Shown here piece by piece: positions 1-13,515 of a DNA stretch of 64,000 nucleotides. The translations under genes and the position numbers were made by a program. Source of the stretch: Octopus vulgaris (taxonomy: Eukaryota); assembly GCA_951406725.2 (NCBI GenBank), contig OX597823.1, positions 16,058,001 through 16,122,000 on the forward strand. The letters are read 5' to 3'. The notes under the pieces are model-generated. The model made no database searches and was not told the origin of the DNA. It worked only from the letters and a program-made list of their open reading frames with translations. Numbering within the stretch: position 1 is the stretch's first letter; each line of letters begins with the position of its first letter.

Positions 1-378
1 GTGCGTGGAGGCTAATTGGCCCAGTGGTTAGGGCAGCGGACTCGCGGTTTCGATTCCCAGACCGGGCGTTGTGAGTGTTTATTGAGCGAAAACACCTAAA
101 AGCTCCACGAGGCTCCGGCAGGGGATGGTGGTGATCCCTGCTGTACTCTTTCACCACAACTTTCTCTCACTCTTACTTCCTGTTTCTGTTGTACCTGTAT
201 TTCAAGGGGCCGGCCTTGTCACTCTCTGTGTCACGCTGAATATCCCCGAGAATTACGTTAAGGGTACACGTGTCTGTGGAGTGCTCAGCCACTTACACGT
301 TAATTTCACGAGCAGGCTGTTCCGTTGATTCGGATCAACCGGAACCCTCATCGTCGTAACCGACGGAGTGCTTCCATG
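1..378 (+). mobile_element. tRNA-derived SINE, family A
   Basis: A-box-like TGGCCCAGTGG and B-box-like GGTTTCGATTCCC. Body nearly identical to 26371-26759. Confidence 0.85.
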
Positions 379-514
379 GGTTTGTGTATTTGTACGCGTG
401 TCTGTATATGCGTATGTGTATGTTATCTAATTAGACTTGATGGTTTTCGTTCAGTTTGAACCTTTGCAGATCGATCTTCGATCTTTTCAGGGAGAGTAAC
501 GGCTGATCGGAAAT

Positions 515-1255
515 ATGTGTATGTATGTATGTATTATGTATGTATGTATGTATGTATGTATGTATGTATGAATGTATGCGTGTATGTATGGACACATGCA
601 TACATACTTGTGTGTATGTATGTACATATGTATGTACGCGTATATGCGTGTATGTATGTATGTATGCACGTGTTATGTATGTATGTATGTATGTATGTAT
701 ATATGTATGTATGTATGTATGTATTATGTATGTATGTATGTATGTATGTATGTATGTATGTATGTATGTATGTATGTATGTATGTATGTATGTATGTATG
801 TATGTATGTATGTATGTATGTATGTATGTATGTATGTATGTATTATGTATGTATGTATGTATGTATGTATGTATGTATTATGTATGTATGTATGTATGTA
901 TGTATGTATGTATGTATGTATGTATTATGTATGTATGTACGTATGTATGTATGTATGTATGTATGTACGTATGTATGTATGTACGTATGTATGTATGTAT
1001 GTATGTATGTATGTATGTATGTATGTATGTATGTATGTATGTATGTATGTATGAATGTACATATGTATGTATGTATGTATGAATGTATTATGTATGTATG
1101 AATGTATTATGTATGTATGTATGTATGTACGCATGCATGCGTGTATGCATGTATGCATGCATATATATATACATGTATATATGTATGTATGTACGTATGT
1201 ATGTACGTATGTGTGTATGTATATATATGTATGTATGTATGTACGTATGTATGTG
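515..1255. repeat. (TATG)n microsatellite
   Basis: Directly visible tandem TATG, about 740 bp. Explains the MYVC-type ORFs. Confidence 0.95.
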
Positions 1256-1689
1256 TTGGGGACAGTGAGTACCTATGTATTCATAATAGAAATTTTCACG
1301 AGGTAGCCAAAAATATTCTCTAATCAAAAGTCCATAGGACGGTTTGAACTCATAGCAGTTAGATAACGAAAACGAAAGGATATACGATGAGTGGTCATAT
1401 AGCAAGGAAAGCTGTGGTTTACCCTGGGATACAGTCACTGCTACTAATAAGAAACGAAAACATTCACTGCTTATCGGTCACCATATCCACCCGGCTAACT
1501 TTTACATTGGCGTACACATGCGATTTGTATACACACATACACGCGCGCGTATTTGTTAATGAATGAACAGATGTTTACGTTTCACAAGTAAGCAGACGAA
1601 TGGACAGACAGACAGACAAACAGATATGCGGGTGGGCAGGCGGGTAGGCAAGAAGGCAGACTGACGGATCGATTGATCGAACGATCGAT

Positions 1690-1993
<304 letters not shown>

Positions 1994-2062
1994 TTATGAT
2001 TATCATCATCACCTTGATGCTGATGATGATCATGATGATGAAGAACAATGCATCTTACTCAC

Positions 2063-2449
2063 CATAGCATCGTATTTTATGTCATTCATGAAATACGCTG
2101 ACGCATATCCTTTGAATTGATGGAACCAGAAACTTCCTTGAAATTGGTCACCTGCATCCAGTAGAAGAACATTGGGATCCTGTCTTCGTATTTCCCTAAC
2201 TTTGGTAGCGATCCGTGCGATACCTCCATAACAACGACCGGCGTCAATATCTTTTTGCTTGCAGAGCGAAGAATACTTGTTGAGTTGCTCGAATTTGCTG
2301 TGAAAATCGTTAGTGTGTAGAATAGTGAGGTTTTGAGACGACGTAGAGTTTGTGCTGAGAACTGCCTGTATGGTCAGAGTTAGAATGTACAATGACCCAA
2401 GCTGCTGTAGTAGTTTTGAAGTCTGTGACTCACAGCAAAACGGTGACAT
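2063..2449 (-). CDS. NT5E: First coding exon of a 5'-nucleotidase (CD73/NT5E/apyrase-like metallophosphoesterase). The remaining exons lie left of the window.
   Basis: Hydrophobic signal-like segment, then LTILHTNDFHSKFE, CYGGIARIAT and VLLLDAGDQFQG motifs. Ends YDAM followed by donor GTGAGT (plus strand ACTCAC, 2057-2062), phase 0, the position I recall for the end of vertebrate NT5E exon 1. Orthology versus paralogy is not resolved. Confidence 0.9.
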
Positions 2450-3041
2450 TTCTTTCTAAATTTTCAAGAGTATTTTTTTTTTTTTTTTTCCTTTTTTCTT
2501 CAACTTTTTTTAAGAAACTCTCAAAGTTTTCGATATTATTATTGCAACAACAAAATAAACCTATTTCTATTAAAAAGCTATCTTATACCTGATGTAGATG
2601 TGTATGTGTGTTCCTATTCATACACGTATGAGTGACAATGTATGTATATAAACCTATGTTATGTATATGTGTATGTATATCTATTTGTGTGTGTGTGTGT
2701 GTGTGTCAATGGGAATATCTATATTTATACGTCATGTTTGTTTACAGCTTAAACTTGCAGAAGACAACCACCAAGTGCTCTCTCTGTTCACCGTTGTGGA
2801 GTGGAGAAGTGTGATTGTAGTATCTATAGAATGAATATAATATATATGTATAAATACATGCGTGCGGGCGTGTATGTGCTTATGTTTGTATGTGTATGCT
2901 ATAATCTCTTAAGTATAAGCGTTTTTTTTTTTTCTGTGTGTGTATGTAATTACATGTATATTTTGAATCTGTATGCATGTATATGTGTGTGAGTAAATAT
3001 ATATATATATAAATATATATATATGTATGCCTGTATGTATG

Positions 3042-3072
<31 letters not shown>

Positions 3073-3480
3073 GTAGATTAGAGGTGGGGAGAGAGAGAGA
3101 AAAGAGAGAGAGACAGACAGACAGACAGAGAAAGAGAAAGAGAAATAAAACCGAATGAGTTTGATGTTTGGTCACCGTCGGAAAATCTTGCGTATTTATT
3201 GCTAAAAGTAGTAAAAGAAATTACTCATGTATAAATAATAATTATATGCATGATCCAAGTCCACTATATGAATTGAATGAATGTTCGTGGTATGTAAAGC
3301 GTGTAGGAGCGATAATTTTCACACATGTGTGTGTGTGTGTCGAAAACTTTAAATTTCTTCTCTTATTTTTGTTCAATTTTTTTTTGTGTGTTTTCTTGCT
3401 TTTTGGTTTTACCCCTTTTGTTTTCGTTTTTGACTTTATTTTTTTTTTCTATTTTTGATTTTTATTATTTTCTACACACA

Positions 3481-3518
<38 letters not shown>

Positions 3519-3634
3519 CGCACACGCACAAAAAACCACTCGCTCTTGTAACACGAATACACAAAACATCGGTTGGATGTTTGTACGATAAACTACAAAA
3601 ACTGGTTTGTTATTGTTGCTGCTATTGTTGTAAA

Positions 3635-3678
<44 letters not shown>

Positions 3679-3845
3679 TTGTTGTTGTTGTTGTTGTTGT
3701 TCTACCTCCGTTCTGCATACTCCTGCATTCAAAAGTCTTGCCTACACCCGAGAAGATTGTGTCTAGTTTTCTTTTGTTATATGAATGTAAAACTGTGTGA
3801 GTGCGTGCGTGCGTACGTTTGAGTGTGTGTGTGTCCGTGTGTCCA

Positions 3846-3896
<51 letters not shown>

Positions 3897-4627
3897 TTAT
3901 GCGCGCGCGTTTACGTGTGTGTGTGTGAATTGTATGCGCGTGTATGTGTGTGTATGCATGAAAAGATAGATATACACACGCACACACACAACACATACAT
4001 ATCTATACATATATGTATGTATATATACATATATACATATATATATACATATTTATTTGCATATTATATTTGAAATTTTTTACTTATATCTCTTTATCTT
4101 TTTACTTTTACTATTACTGTATATCTCATTTCATTTTATATATTGCCTTTACTCATATGTAATGGTGTATTAAAGTATGGATTGAGTATCATCGGATAGT
4201 TGATGTTTTACTGATTTAAGTATGTTTCTCCATTCTCTAATTTTGTAGTATACATATATGTATATATATCTATACATATATGTATGTATATATACATATA
4301 TGTATATATATATATATTACATGTATATGTGTGTATATATATTTATGTGTGTGTGTAAGTATGTATGTGTATATAAGTGTATTTGTATGCAGTGTGTGTC
4401 TGTATACTATTGCGTGAGAGAGCGTGCCCGTTTGTGAGAGTAGGTGCAACAGTATTTATGTAGATATGTATATGTGTGTAAGTAGTCGCGCGCACGCGTG
4501 CGCGTGTGCGTGTGAGTGTGTGTGTGTGTGTGTGAGAGAGAAAGAGAGAGAGAGAGAGAGAGTGTGTGTGTGCGTGTGTGAGTGTGTGGGTATGAGTCTA
4601 TTGTGATGCGAACCGGCTAAGTGCTGT

Positions 4628-4718
4628 GAAGAAGAAGACAAAGAAGAAGAAGAAGAAGAAGAAGAAGAAGAAGAAGAAGAAGAAGAAGAAGAAGAAGAAG
4701 AAGAAGAAGAAGAAGAAG

Positions 4719-4762
<44 letters not shown>
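4628..4762. repeat. (GAA)n(CAA)n microsatellite
   Basis: Visible tandem repeats. Confidence 0.95.
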
Positions 4763-5176
4763 AAACACACACAAATGAGCATAGATGAGACAAACACACA
4801 GACAGACGAACTAAAGCAAGGTCGTAATTAAAAGGAGGAAGAAATGTTATTATTATTAATACCAAGAAAGAAAAAAAAAGTTATGACACTGTTTTAAGGG
4901 TCACTTTATTTAGCATCTTTGCTGTGTGTTGAATCGATAGGGCATCGGACAAAATGCCTACGGATAATTGGTTTACATTCGACGTTCAAACCCCACCAAG
5001 GTCAACTCAGCCATTTACCTTTCCGGAACTGGGGCGTCGTTGTCGACGAAATGAAATACTTGTTTTTCGGCGAAAGAAACGTAAACGCAAGTGCTCTTCG
5101 TCTAAAGTCCTTTGGAATATTTTTTTCTGCCGTGAATTATGAACATACCCTTTCATTGACCGTCAGAAAAGTAATA

Positions 5177-5392
5177 ACCTATTTCTTTATTACCCACAGA
5201 GGGGACAAACAAGGACAGACATAGGTATTAAGTCGATTACATCGACCCCAGTGCGTAACTGGCACTTAATTTATCGACCCCGAAAGGATGAAAGGCAAAG
5301 TCGACCTCGGCGGAATTTGAACTCACAACGTAACGCAGACGAAATACCGCTAAGCATTTCGCCCGGCGTGCTAACGTTTCTGCCAGCTCGCC
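5177..5392 (-). mobile_element. SINE family C
   Basis: Reverse complement of GGCGAGCTGGCAGAAACGTTAGC...GAGTTCAAATTCCGCCGAGGTCGACTTTGCCTTTCATCCTTTCGGGGTCGATAAA, which recurs more than 10 times in the window. Confidence 0.85.
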
Positions 5393-5814
5393 GTAATAAC
5401 CGTTGATTTGCCTCTGTTGTGAACGTGTAAAAAGTCACGACGCTATTGTTCACTATTACCCATGTAAAATAATTATAAACATAAAATAAAAATTTTAATA
5501 CTTTCCGTCGATCTGACCAACTAAACCGGAACTTGAATTATCTTTCTCCTTATTGTTTCAGTCATCGGAGTGTGGTCATGCTGGAGCACCTCCTTCAATT
5601 AGAAATTCATCATTGACTAAATCAATTAAATCAATATTAACGTAGATTTAAAAGTTTCACAAATATATCATAATACAGTTTTTACAATTTGGGGTTTTAG
5701 GGGGTTTTTCTTTTTTTCTTTTTTTTTTTTTTGTTTGCCCTTAATGAATAGTTTCAACTGGTTGTTATGTACACACACACACACATATTCGTGCGTGTAC
5801 GTATGCACCGCTGC

Positions 5815-5960
5815 GTTTACGGCACCGTAACTTAGCGGTTCGGCAAGCGACACCGATAAAATAAGTATTAGGCTTTAAAAAAAAAGTCCTGGGAGTCGAT
5901 TTGTTTGGCGGTGCTCCAGCAAGGCCGCAGTCAAATGACTGAAACAAGTGAAAGAGTAAA
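5815..5960 (+). mobile_element. SINE family B, 3' fragment
   Basis: Matches the 3' half of 11756-12175. Confidence 0.75.
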
Positions 5961-5965
5961 ACATT

Positions 5966-6003
<38 letters not shown>

Positions 6004-6164
6004 GTGTGTGCATATGAACATGTGTTCGTGTATGTGTGTGTATGCGTATGTTTTTATGTGTGTATATGTGTGTGTACATGTGTGTGTGTGCATGTATGTG
6101 TGTATGTGTTTGCATACAAATGCTTATACACACGCGCGCGCGCGCGCATATGTACATGTGTCCT

Positions 6165-6380
6165 CTTTCACTCTTTTACATGTTTCAGTCATTTGACTGC
6201 GGCCATGCTGGAGCACTTCGTTTTAGTTGAAGAAATCGATCCCTTATTCTTTGTCAGCTTGGTACTTATTCTATCTGTCCCTTTTGCCGAACGGGGGGGG
6301 GGGGACCTTAAACACACCAACATCGATGATTGTCAAACGACGGTAGGGGGAGGGACAAACACAGTCGCAAAGACACACAT
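6165..6380 (-). mobile_element. SINE family B, 3' fragment
   Basis: Reverse-complement match to the family B 3' half. Confidence 0.75.
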
Positions 6381-6475
6381 ATATTTATAATACATATATA
6401 AATATATATATATACATGTATATATATATAATATATATAATATCTGTAAATGTAATATGTGACAATTATTCGGAA

Positions 6476-6545
6476 GCCAAGATAAAACTCCGAGTTTCGG
6501 ATGCCGAGGTCGAAATCCACGCCGCCATCTCTTCAGTTATCTGGC
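6476..6545 (-). ncRNA. Type I minimal hammerhead-like motif in a short element within (TA)n
   Basis: Minus strand reads GATAA-CTGAAGA-GATG..CATC-C-GAAA-CTCGGAG-TT-TTATC. Stem I GATAA/TTATC, near-palindromic stem III, GUU site. Confidence 0.65.
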
Positions 6546-6741
6546 CATCGGGAAAACGATGGCCGGATAATTGTCACATAATACATTTACAGATAAATTT
6601 CCTCTATTTACATAATATCGAGGTCCCTTTCTTTCTTTTGTTATCTTACCGTTTTTTACCAATATATAATATATAATATATATTACATATATAATATATA
6701 TATAATATATATATAATATAATATAGTATGATATATATATA

Positions 6742-6802
<61 letters not shown>

Positions 6803-6814
6803 ATTTATTTATTT

Positions 6815-7124
6815 ATGTATGGATAAACATACAAACTGGGACAAGAACGCAAAACTTTTAGGAGATGATACAAAAAAACACGGACGGGACATTCGAAGCC
6901 TTCAATCTTCAGTCAAGAACCGGATCATCCTCGCAATTTCGGCTGATTAATCTTGAGATTGCTCCAATCTGGCCAGCCCCGAGGAAAAACTAAGCTAAGC
7001 GCATTAGATTCCTTGGAAGAAAGCTTCGAATGTATACGAAACAAGGACGGAAAAACGGACGATGTTACACGAATATAAATACAAAAATAATACGTAAAAA
7101 CAATAATAATAAAATAACAATAAC

Positions 7125-7130
<6 letters not shown>
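6815..7130 (-). mobile_element. Non-coding repeat carrying a permuted hammerhead-like motif (6906-6978)
   Basis: Homologous to 31695-32030 (+) and 15720-15815 (-). Flanked by TA/TG microsatellites. Confidence 0.7.
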
Positions 7131-7194
<64 letters not shown>

Positions 7195-7210
7195 ATCATA
7201 TGGGCATATG

Positions 7211-7621
7211 GGCGCGGGAGTGGCTATATAGGCGCGGGAGTGGCTGTGTGGTAAGTAGCTTGTTTACCAACCACATGGTTCCGGGTTCAGTCCCACTGCG
7301 TGGCACCTTGGGCAAGTGTCTTCTACTATAGCTTCGGGCCGACCAAAGCCTTGTGAGTGGATTTGGTAGACGGAAACTGAAAGAAGCCCGTCGTATATAT
7401 GTATATATATATATATGTATGTGTGTGGATATGTTTGTCCCCCTAGCCTTGCTTGACAAATGATGCTGGTGTGTCTATGTCCCCGTTACATAGCGGTTCG
7501 GCAAAGGAGACCGATAGAATAAGTACTGGGCTTACAAAAGAATAAGTCCCGGGGTCGAGTTGCTCGATTAAAGGCGGTGCTCCAGCATGGCCGCAGTCAA
7601 ATGACTGAAACAAGTAAAAGA

Positions 7622-7625
<4 letters not shown>
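7211..7625 (+). mobile_element. tRNA-derived SINE family B, full length, with internal (TA)/(TG) tract
   Basis: Head GGCGCGGGAGTGGCTGTGTGGTAAG...GGGTTCAGTCCC and tail GAAACAAGTAAAAGAG. The first 15 nt are duplicated at 7211 and 7231. Confidence 0.9.
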
Positions 7626-7669
<44 letters not shown>

Positions 7670-7672
<3 letters not shown>

Positions 7673-7828
7673 ACGGGTTCCTTTCAGTTTCCGTCTACCA
7701 AATCCACTCACAAGGCTTTGGTTGGCCCCAGACTATACTAGAATACATTTGCTCAAGGTGCACGTAGTGGGACTGAACCCGGAACCATGTGGTTGGGAAG
7801 CCTGCTTCTTACCACACAGCCACTCCTA
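7670..7828 (-). mobile_element. SINE family B, 5' half
   Basis: Reverse-complement match to the family B head. Confidence 0.8.
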
Positions 7829-7904
7829 CGTATGTATATATGTATGGACGAATGTATGTGCAGGTGCGTAATTGTATCCATGTATATATATATATATATA
7901 TATA

Positions 7905-8110
7905 GTTAATCCAAACAAGAAAGCACAAAAAAAAAACACAACAACGCGAGGACGTGGAACAAATATAGTATTATTGGACGCTCAGGAAAGAAGGAAAGAA
8001 GAAGGTGTAAAATGTTTCGAGCGGAGCTCTTCGTCGGAAACATAGGAGAAGGAAAGATCCAGAGAAGGGAAGACAAGAAAAAAAATCGCCAGCAGTACAC
8101 ACGAGGTCAC

Positions 8111-8112
<2 letters not shown>
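7905..8112 (-). mobile_element. Penelope pLTR/retrozyme-like short repeat with a degenerate hammerhead (8005-8041)
   Basis: Near-identical to 15383-15587. Inserted in (TA)n. Confidence 0.7.
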
Positions 8113-8170
<58 letters not shown>

Positions 8171-8328
8171 TGTATGTATGTATGTATGTATGTATGTATG
8201 TATGTATGTATGTATATTAATAAATTCCAGGGTAGCAAAAACATTTTCTAAATTTTGGGGCTACACGTGGTCTAGCGAGGAGAAAAACTAGTCAATAGAC
8301 TATATATTATTCATATAAAAAATACAGA

Positions 8329-8566
8329 GTACATTTAAACACATAGAGATGACCATAACAGGACATCTGACTCGCTAGAAGGAGTAGTTAAACTCCAAAC
8401 CACTATTAGGAGTAATTTCGAAAGGGAATGAAAAATATAAAAAATAGATGGTAAATGTTTTTATTTTTCATTCCCTTTCGAAATTATCCATAATAGTGGT
8501 TTAGAGTTTAACTACTCCTTCTAGCGGGTCAAATATCCTGTTATGGCCATCTCTTATGTGTTTAAA

Positions 8567-8571
<5 letters not shown>
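8329..8571. repeat. Imperfect fold-back palindrome, arms about 110 bp
   Basis: GTACATTTAAACACATA... pairs with ...TATGTGTTTAAATGTAC. Confidence 0.9.
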
Positions 8572-8618
<47 letters not shown>

Positions 8619-8619
<1 letters not shown>

Positions 8620-8728
8620 TTTATTTAAAAGCAGCAGAAATTCAACAAAACCTGTTACTCGGAGTTTCACGTTCCCGTGAAACTCCGAGTAACAGGTTTT
8701 GTTGAATTTCTGCTGCTTTTAAATAAAG
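8619..8728. repeat. Perfect fold-back palindrome whose apex is a hammerhead stem II
   Basis: 53-bp arms with loop TTCC. Homologous to the HHR-bearing element at 34379-34460. Confidence 0.9.
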
Positions 8729-8799
8729 CATATTACTCTACCTCTGGTATTTGAGTACTCTTTTTTCCACCTTGTTTCACATTTATGTGTTTGCTCCAG

Positions 8800-8877
<78 letters not shown>

Positions 8878-8931
8878 CTCACGAAGAGACTGTACTATAC
8901 TAAACAATACTAAACAGTATAGTAACTATAC

Positions 8932-9029
8932 TAAACAGTAAAGCCAGTCGCCACATCAAAGTGGTTGTTGAATGTTACTAATAGTTTAACCCCAGGTCAC
9001 TTTGATGTGGCGACTAGCTTTACTGTTTA
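8932..9029. repeat. Inverted repeat, 32-bp arms
   Basis: TAAACAGTAAAGCCAGTCGCCACATCAAAGTG / CACTTTGATGTGGCGACTAGCTTTACTGTTTA. Confidence 0.85.
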
Positions 9030-9184
9030 TGAATTTGTTTTGCAAGCTTCTTGATGTGAAATCGTGTGTTGAAATAGATATTATTGTACTTAGGAATGGT
9101 TATATTTTACCAATTAAACACACGCACTATATATTTGGTCTAAACTTCAGCTTTCTTCTTCTTTTTCTTCTTCTTCTTCTTCTT

Positions 9185-9268
<84 letters not shown>

Positions 9269-9289
9269 GATATTATTATTATTATTATT

Positions 9290-9502
9290 GAGTGAGAGAG
9301 CAGTTCATGCCATCAAAGTGACACTGGGGAAAACATACGAAGCCCAATATACCCATCATGACTACTCGTCTGATAAGGGTACACCAGGCACATGCATCAC
9401 AACCATATGTGCGCGACATGGTGATCTCATATCAAGATAAACAGCACATGACCTTGCAGGTGGGGCCCAGTTAGAATTTTCTTCAGGTCGAGTAGCCATC
9501 CC
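9290..9502 (-). mobile_element. 5'-truncated copy of an (AAT)n-associated non-coding retroelement
   Basis: Reverse complement of about 30733-30946. Flanked by (ATT)n and (AAT)n. Confidence 0.8.
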
Positions 9503-9559
<57 letters not shown>

Positions 9560-9562
<3 letters not shown>

Positions 9563-10104
9563 GCTATGCCAACATTATGGAATAACAACAGAAAAAAATG
9601 GTATAGGCACACACCAGAAAAGGTCACAGAAAACGAGAAAGGAACCATACTCTGGGATATGCCGATACACACAGATAGAAAAATTAAGGCCAACAGACCA
9701 GATATAGTTGTCAGAGATCATGAAGAAAAAAATGCTTTCTAATTGATGTATCAATACCGGCAGATGACAACGTGTCTCTAAAAGAAATGGAGAAACTTTC
9801 AAAATACAAAGACCTGGAAATAGAGGTAACCAGAATGTGGAATCTAAAAACAGAAATAATTCCTATCATAGTAGGTGCATTAGGCATGATAAAAAATATT
9901 CAGACAAATACATAACATAAACACCAGGACTTACAAACACATATAACATACAGAAAATTGCACTACTGGGCACTGCACACATCCTACGCAGAACACTTTC
10001 CATACAATAACCATCAGAGCATCACAACAAATCACAGCACATACCTAAGGCACACAGAGCTGCGCTCGGTAGTGAAGTGAAAGCACGCTATAAAAATAAA
10101 ACTA

Positions 10105-10107
<3 letters not shown>
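9560..10107 (+). mobile_element. R4/Dong-clade non-LTR retrotransposon, 3' fragment (restriction-like endonuclease plus 3' UTR)
   Basis: Manual translation KLCQHYGI...ILWDMPIHTDRKIKANRPDIVV...LIDVSIPADDNV..KEMEKLSKYKDL...IPIIVGALG...GTAHILRRTL, with a frameshift and a stop. Both ends sit in (AAT)n. Confidence 0.85.
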
Positions 10108-10184
<77 letters not shown>

Positions 10185-10186
10185 GG

Positions 10187-10253
<67 letters not shown>

Positions 10254-10279
10254 TGATGATGATGATGATGATAATAATA

Positions 10280-10468
10280 ATCCTTTCTACTATAGGCACA
10301 AGGCCTGGAATTTGGGGGGATTGGACTAGTCGATTACATCGAACCTAGCATTTCACTGGTACTTAGTTTATCGACCCGAAATGATGAAAGGCAAAGTCGA
10401 CCTCGGCGGAATTTGAACCCAGAAATACCACTGAGCATTTCGCCCGACGTGCTGACGATTCCGCCAGT
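10280..10468 (-). mobile_element. SINE family C
   Basis: Reverse-complement match to the family C body. Confidence 0.75.
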
Positions 10469-10539
10469 TAAAGCTGAAATAAAGACCAAACATGCAGGGC
10501 GTGTATTTAATTGGTAAAATATGACCATATTTCTTTCTA

Positions 10540-10822
<283 letters not shown>

Positions 10823-10883
10823 GTAGGTAGATGGATAGATAGATAGATAGATAGATGGATAGATGGATAGATAGATAGATAGG

Positions 10884-10918
<35 letters not shown>

Positions 10919-10963
10919 GTAGATAGATAGGTAGATAGGTAGATAGATAGATAGATAGATAGG

Positions 10964-11026
<63 letters not shown>

Positions 11027-11027
11027 C

Positions 11028-11070
<43 letters not shown>

Positions 11071-11091
11071 GTAGATAGGTAGATAGGTAGA

Positions 11092-11615
11092 TATGTTTCT
11101 TTATTAGCCACACAGGGCTGCACACAGATAGAACAAATTACAAGGTAGAGCTTTTCTTTTGAAGGTTTAAGAAAGAAAAAAAAAAAAAAAAGGAAGGGGG
11201 AGTTTCGATCAAAAGGGATCGTAAAAGGAGAGAAAGAGGACAAAAAAAGGGGGTTTAAAAAAAAGGGGGGAGGAAAAAAAATTGATCAATAGGGATCGTT
11301 ATCACAGAAATGTCAATATGAAGTGTAAAGGGGAGGACAGGTGAGGTTTACCCGTGCAAAGAAAAGCCTACGGAAAAGACCACGGTAACCTCGGTCAATG
11401 ATGTCACATTTTATATTTCTTTTTTTTTTTTTTTTTTGCAAATAAGCAACTCTCTGTTTTCGATTTCTGGGTTCATAGGACTATGCTCAAGGTGGCTTCG
11501 TCATTCATACGTGCCATTCTTGCTACATTCACCCATCTTTTTTTAAAACATTCGCTAGACAAAACTTGCCTCTCTACTCTCACTTTCCTTTTCAAGTGGT
11601 ACTTGAAGAAGTTGA
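11092..11615 (-). mobile_element. Tx1/L1-like LINE 3' end inserted in (GATA)n
   Basis: ORF end [15 protein letters not shown]...LSIVL* plus 3' UTR ending AATAAAGAAACATATC. Almost identical to 39328-39940. Confidence 0.7.
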
Positions 11616-11617
11616 GG

Positions 11618-12175
<558 letters not shown>

Positions 12176-12182
12176 AGATATG

Positions 12183-13443
12183 CAGGGTTTGGACAAAATA
12201 ATGGAAACACCTTGAAATTTCAAACAAATTTATTTTAGTATGGGGTAGGACCGCCTTTGGCAATAATCGTAACTTGAATTCTTTGAGGTATGGATTCGTA
12301 CAAAGTTTGAATAGTTTTCAAAGGAATTTTTGTCTATTCTTCAACAAAAACAGTCTCCAGTTCTCGTAGTGATGGTGACGGAGGATATCAACTCCTTACT
12401 CATTTTTCTAAAATGCACCATAAATATTCAAAAATATTGAGATCCTGGGTCTGTGGTGGCCAGATAAGATGTTCAACTTCACTAGAACGTTCGTCGTGCC
12501 ATTCCGTAACAACTTTAGCTGTGTGAAATGGTGCATCCTGAAAGATTGCGTTTCCCTTCAGAAACAGTTCCGCAATCATAGAATGAATTTGATCAGATAA
12601 AATGCTTAAATAGTCTTGACTATTAATTCTGCCATAAAGAGAAACCATTGGGCTGGCGAATTTCCAACATATAGCCCCCAGATCACCACAGATCCTCCTC
12701 CATGTTTAACAGTTGGAAGAAGGCAGTCTGGGTCAAATGCTTCTTTTAGCTGTCTCCACACGTATACTTGGCCAGTGGTCGGAAATAAGGTAAAGAATGA
12801 CTCGTCCGAGAAAATAACATTCTTCCACTGCTCTAAGGACCAATTCTGTAGGTTTTTACTCCACTCTAAACGCTTTGCAACGTTTGTTTTTGAAAATAGT
12901 GGTTTTCTGATTGCAACCACCCGTGAAATCCGGCTTTGTGCAGCTCTTGGCAAACAGCTTTTGTGGAAACTGGGTTCTCGAGATGGTCGTTAAGCTCTGC
13001 AGTAATTTTGGGAGCTGTACTTTTGTGATCCTTTCTAATAATTTGTGTAAGAGTCCGACGGTCACTATCTGAAAGTTTTGGTTTCCTTCCGGAGTTTTGT
13101 TTCGACATGGAGGTTTTTCCCTCTTTCTCAAAAAGTGTCACTACTTTCGAGACAGTACCTCTCGATACACCAAACATTTCGGCTGTTTTCCTTACGCTAG
13201 CACCTGCCATACGAGCACCAACAATTTGACTTCTTTGAAAGTCTGATAGATTTATCATTTTATTGAATTTTAATTACCTTTTTCTGATGATATCTGAAAA
13301 GAAACAGCAATTTTAGCAAAACATATTAAGCAACATTAATAATAAATAAAAAAACATAACAATAAACAAGCTTTTGACGGTTTTATAGATATTTCAAAAT
13401 TATGATGCTATGATGCTAGGTGTTTCCATTATTTTGTCCAACC

Positions 13444-13447
<4 letters not shown>
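12183..13447 (-). mobile_element. Tc1-family DNA transposon, full length, decayed
   Basis: About 30-bp TIRs CAGGGTTTGGACAAAATAATGGAAACACCT / AGGTGTTTCCATTATTTTGTCCAACCCCTG enclosing a transposase. Confidence 0.92.
12240..13258 (-). pseudogene. Tc1 transposase pseudogene (frameshifted)
   Basis: Three overlapping ORFs: HTH plus SGRKPK; WKNVIFSDES and TVKHGGGSVVIWG; IFQD and WPPQTQDLNIFEYLW (DDE triad). Confidence 0.9.

Positions 13448-13509
<62 letters not shown>

Positions 13510-13515
<6 letters not shown>

Noticed and set aside
435-492. Minus-strand HHR-like string CTGCAAA-GGTTC..GAAC-GAAA
   Set aside because: The core has multiple non-compensatory changes and there is no convincing stem I or III.
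487-1438. Long ORFs such as MYVCMYVC, and similar [12 protein letters not shown] ORFs throughout
   Set aside because: They are translations of stop-free microsatellites with no protein signal.
11092-11615. Duplicated host-gene terminal exon (with 39328-39940)
   Set aside because: Differing 5' truncations without splice acceptors, and microsatellite flanks, indicate a LINE 3' end.
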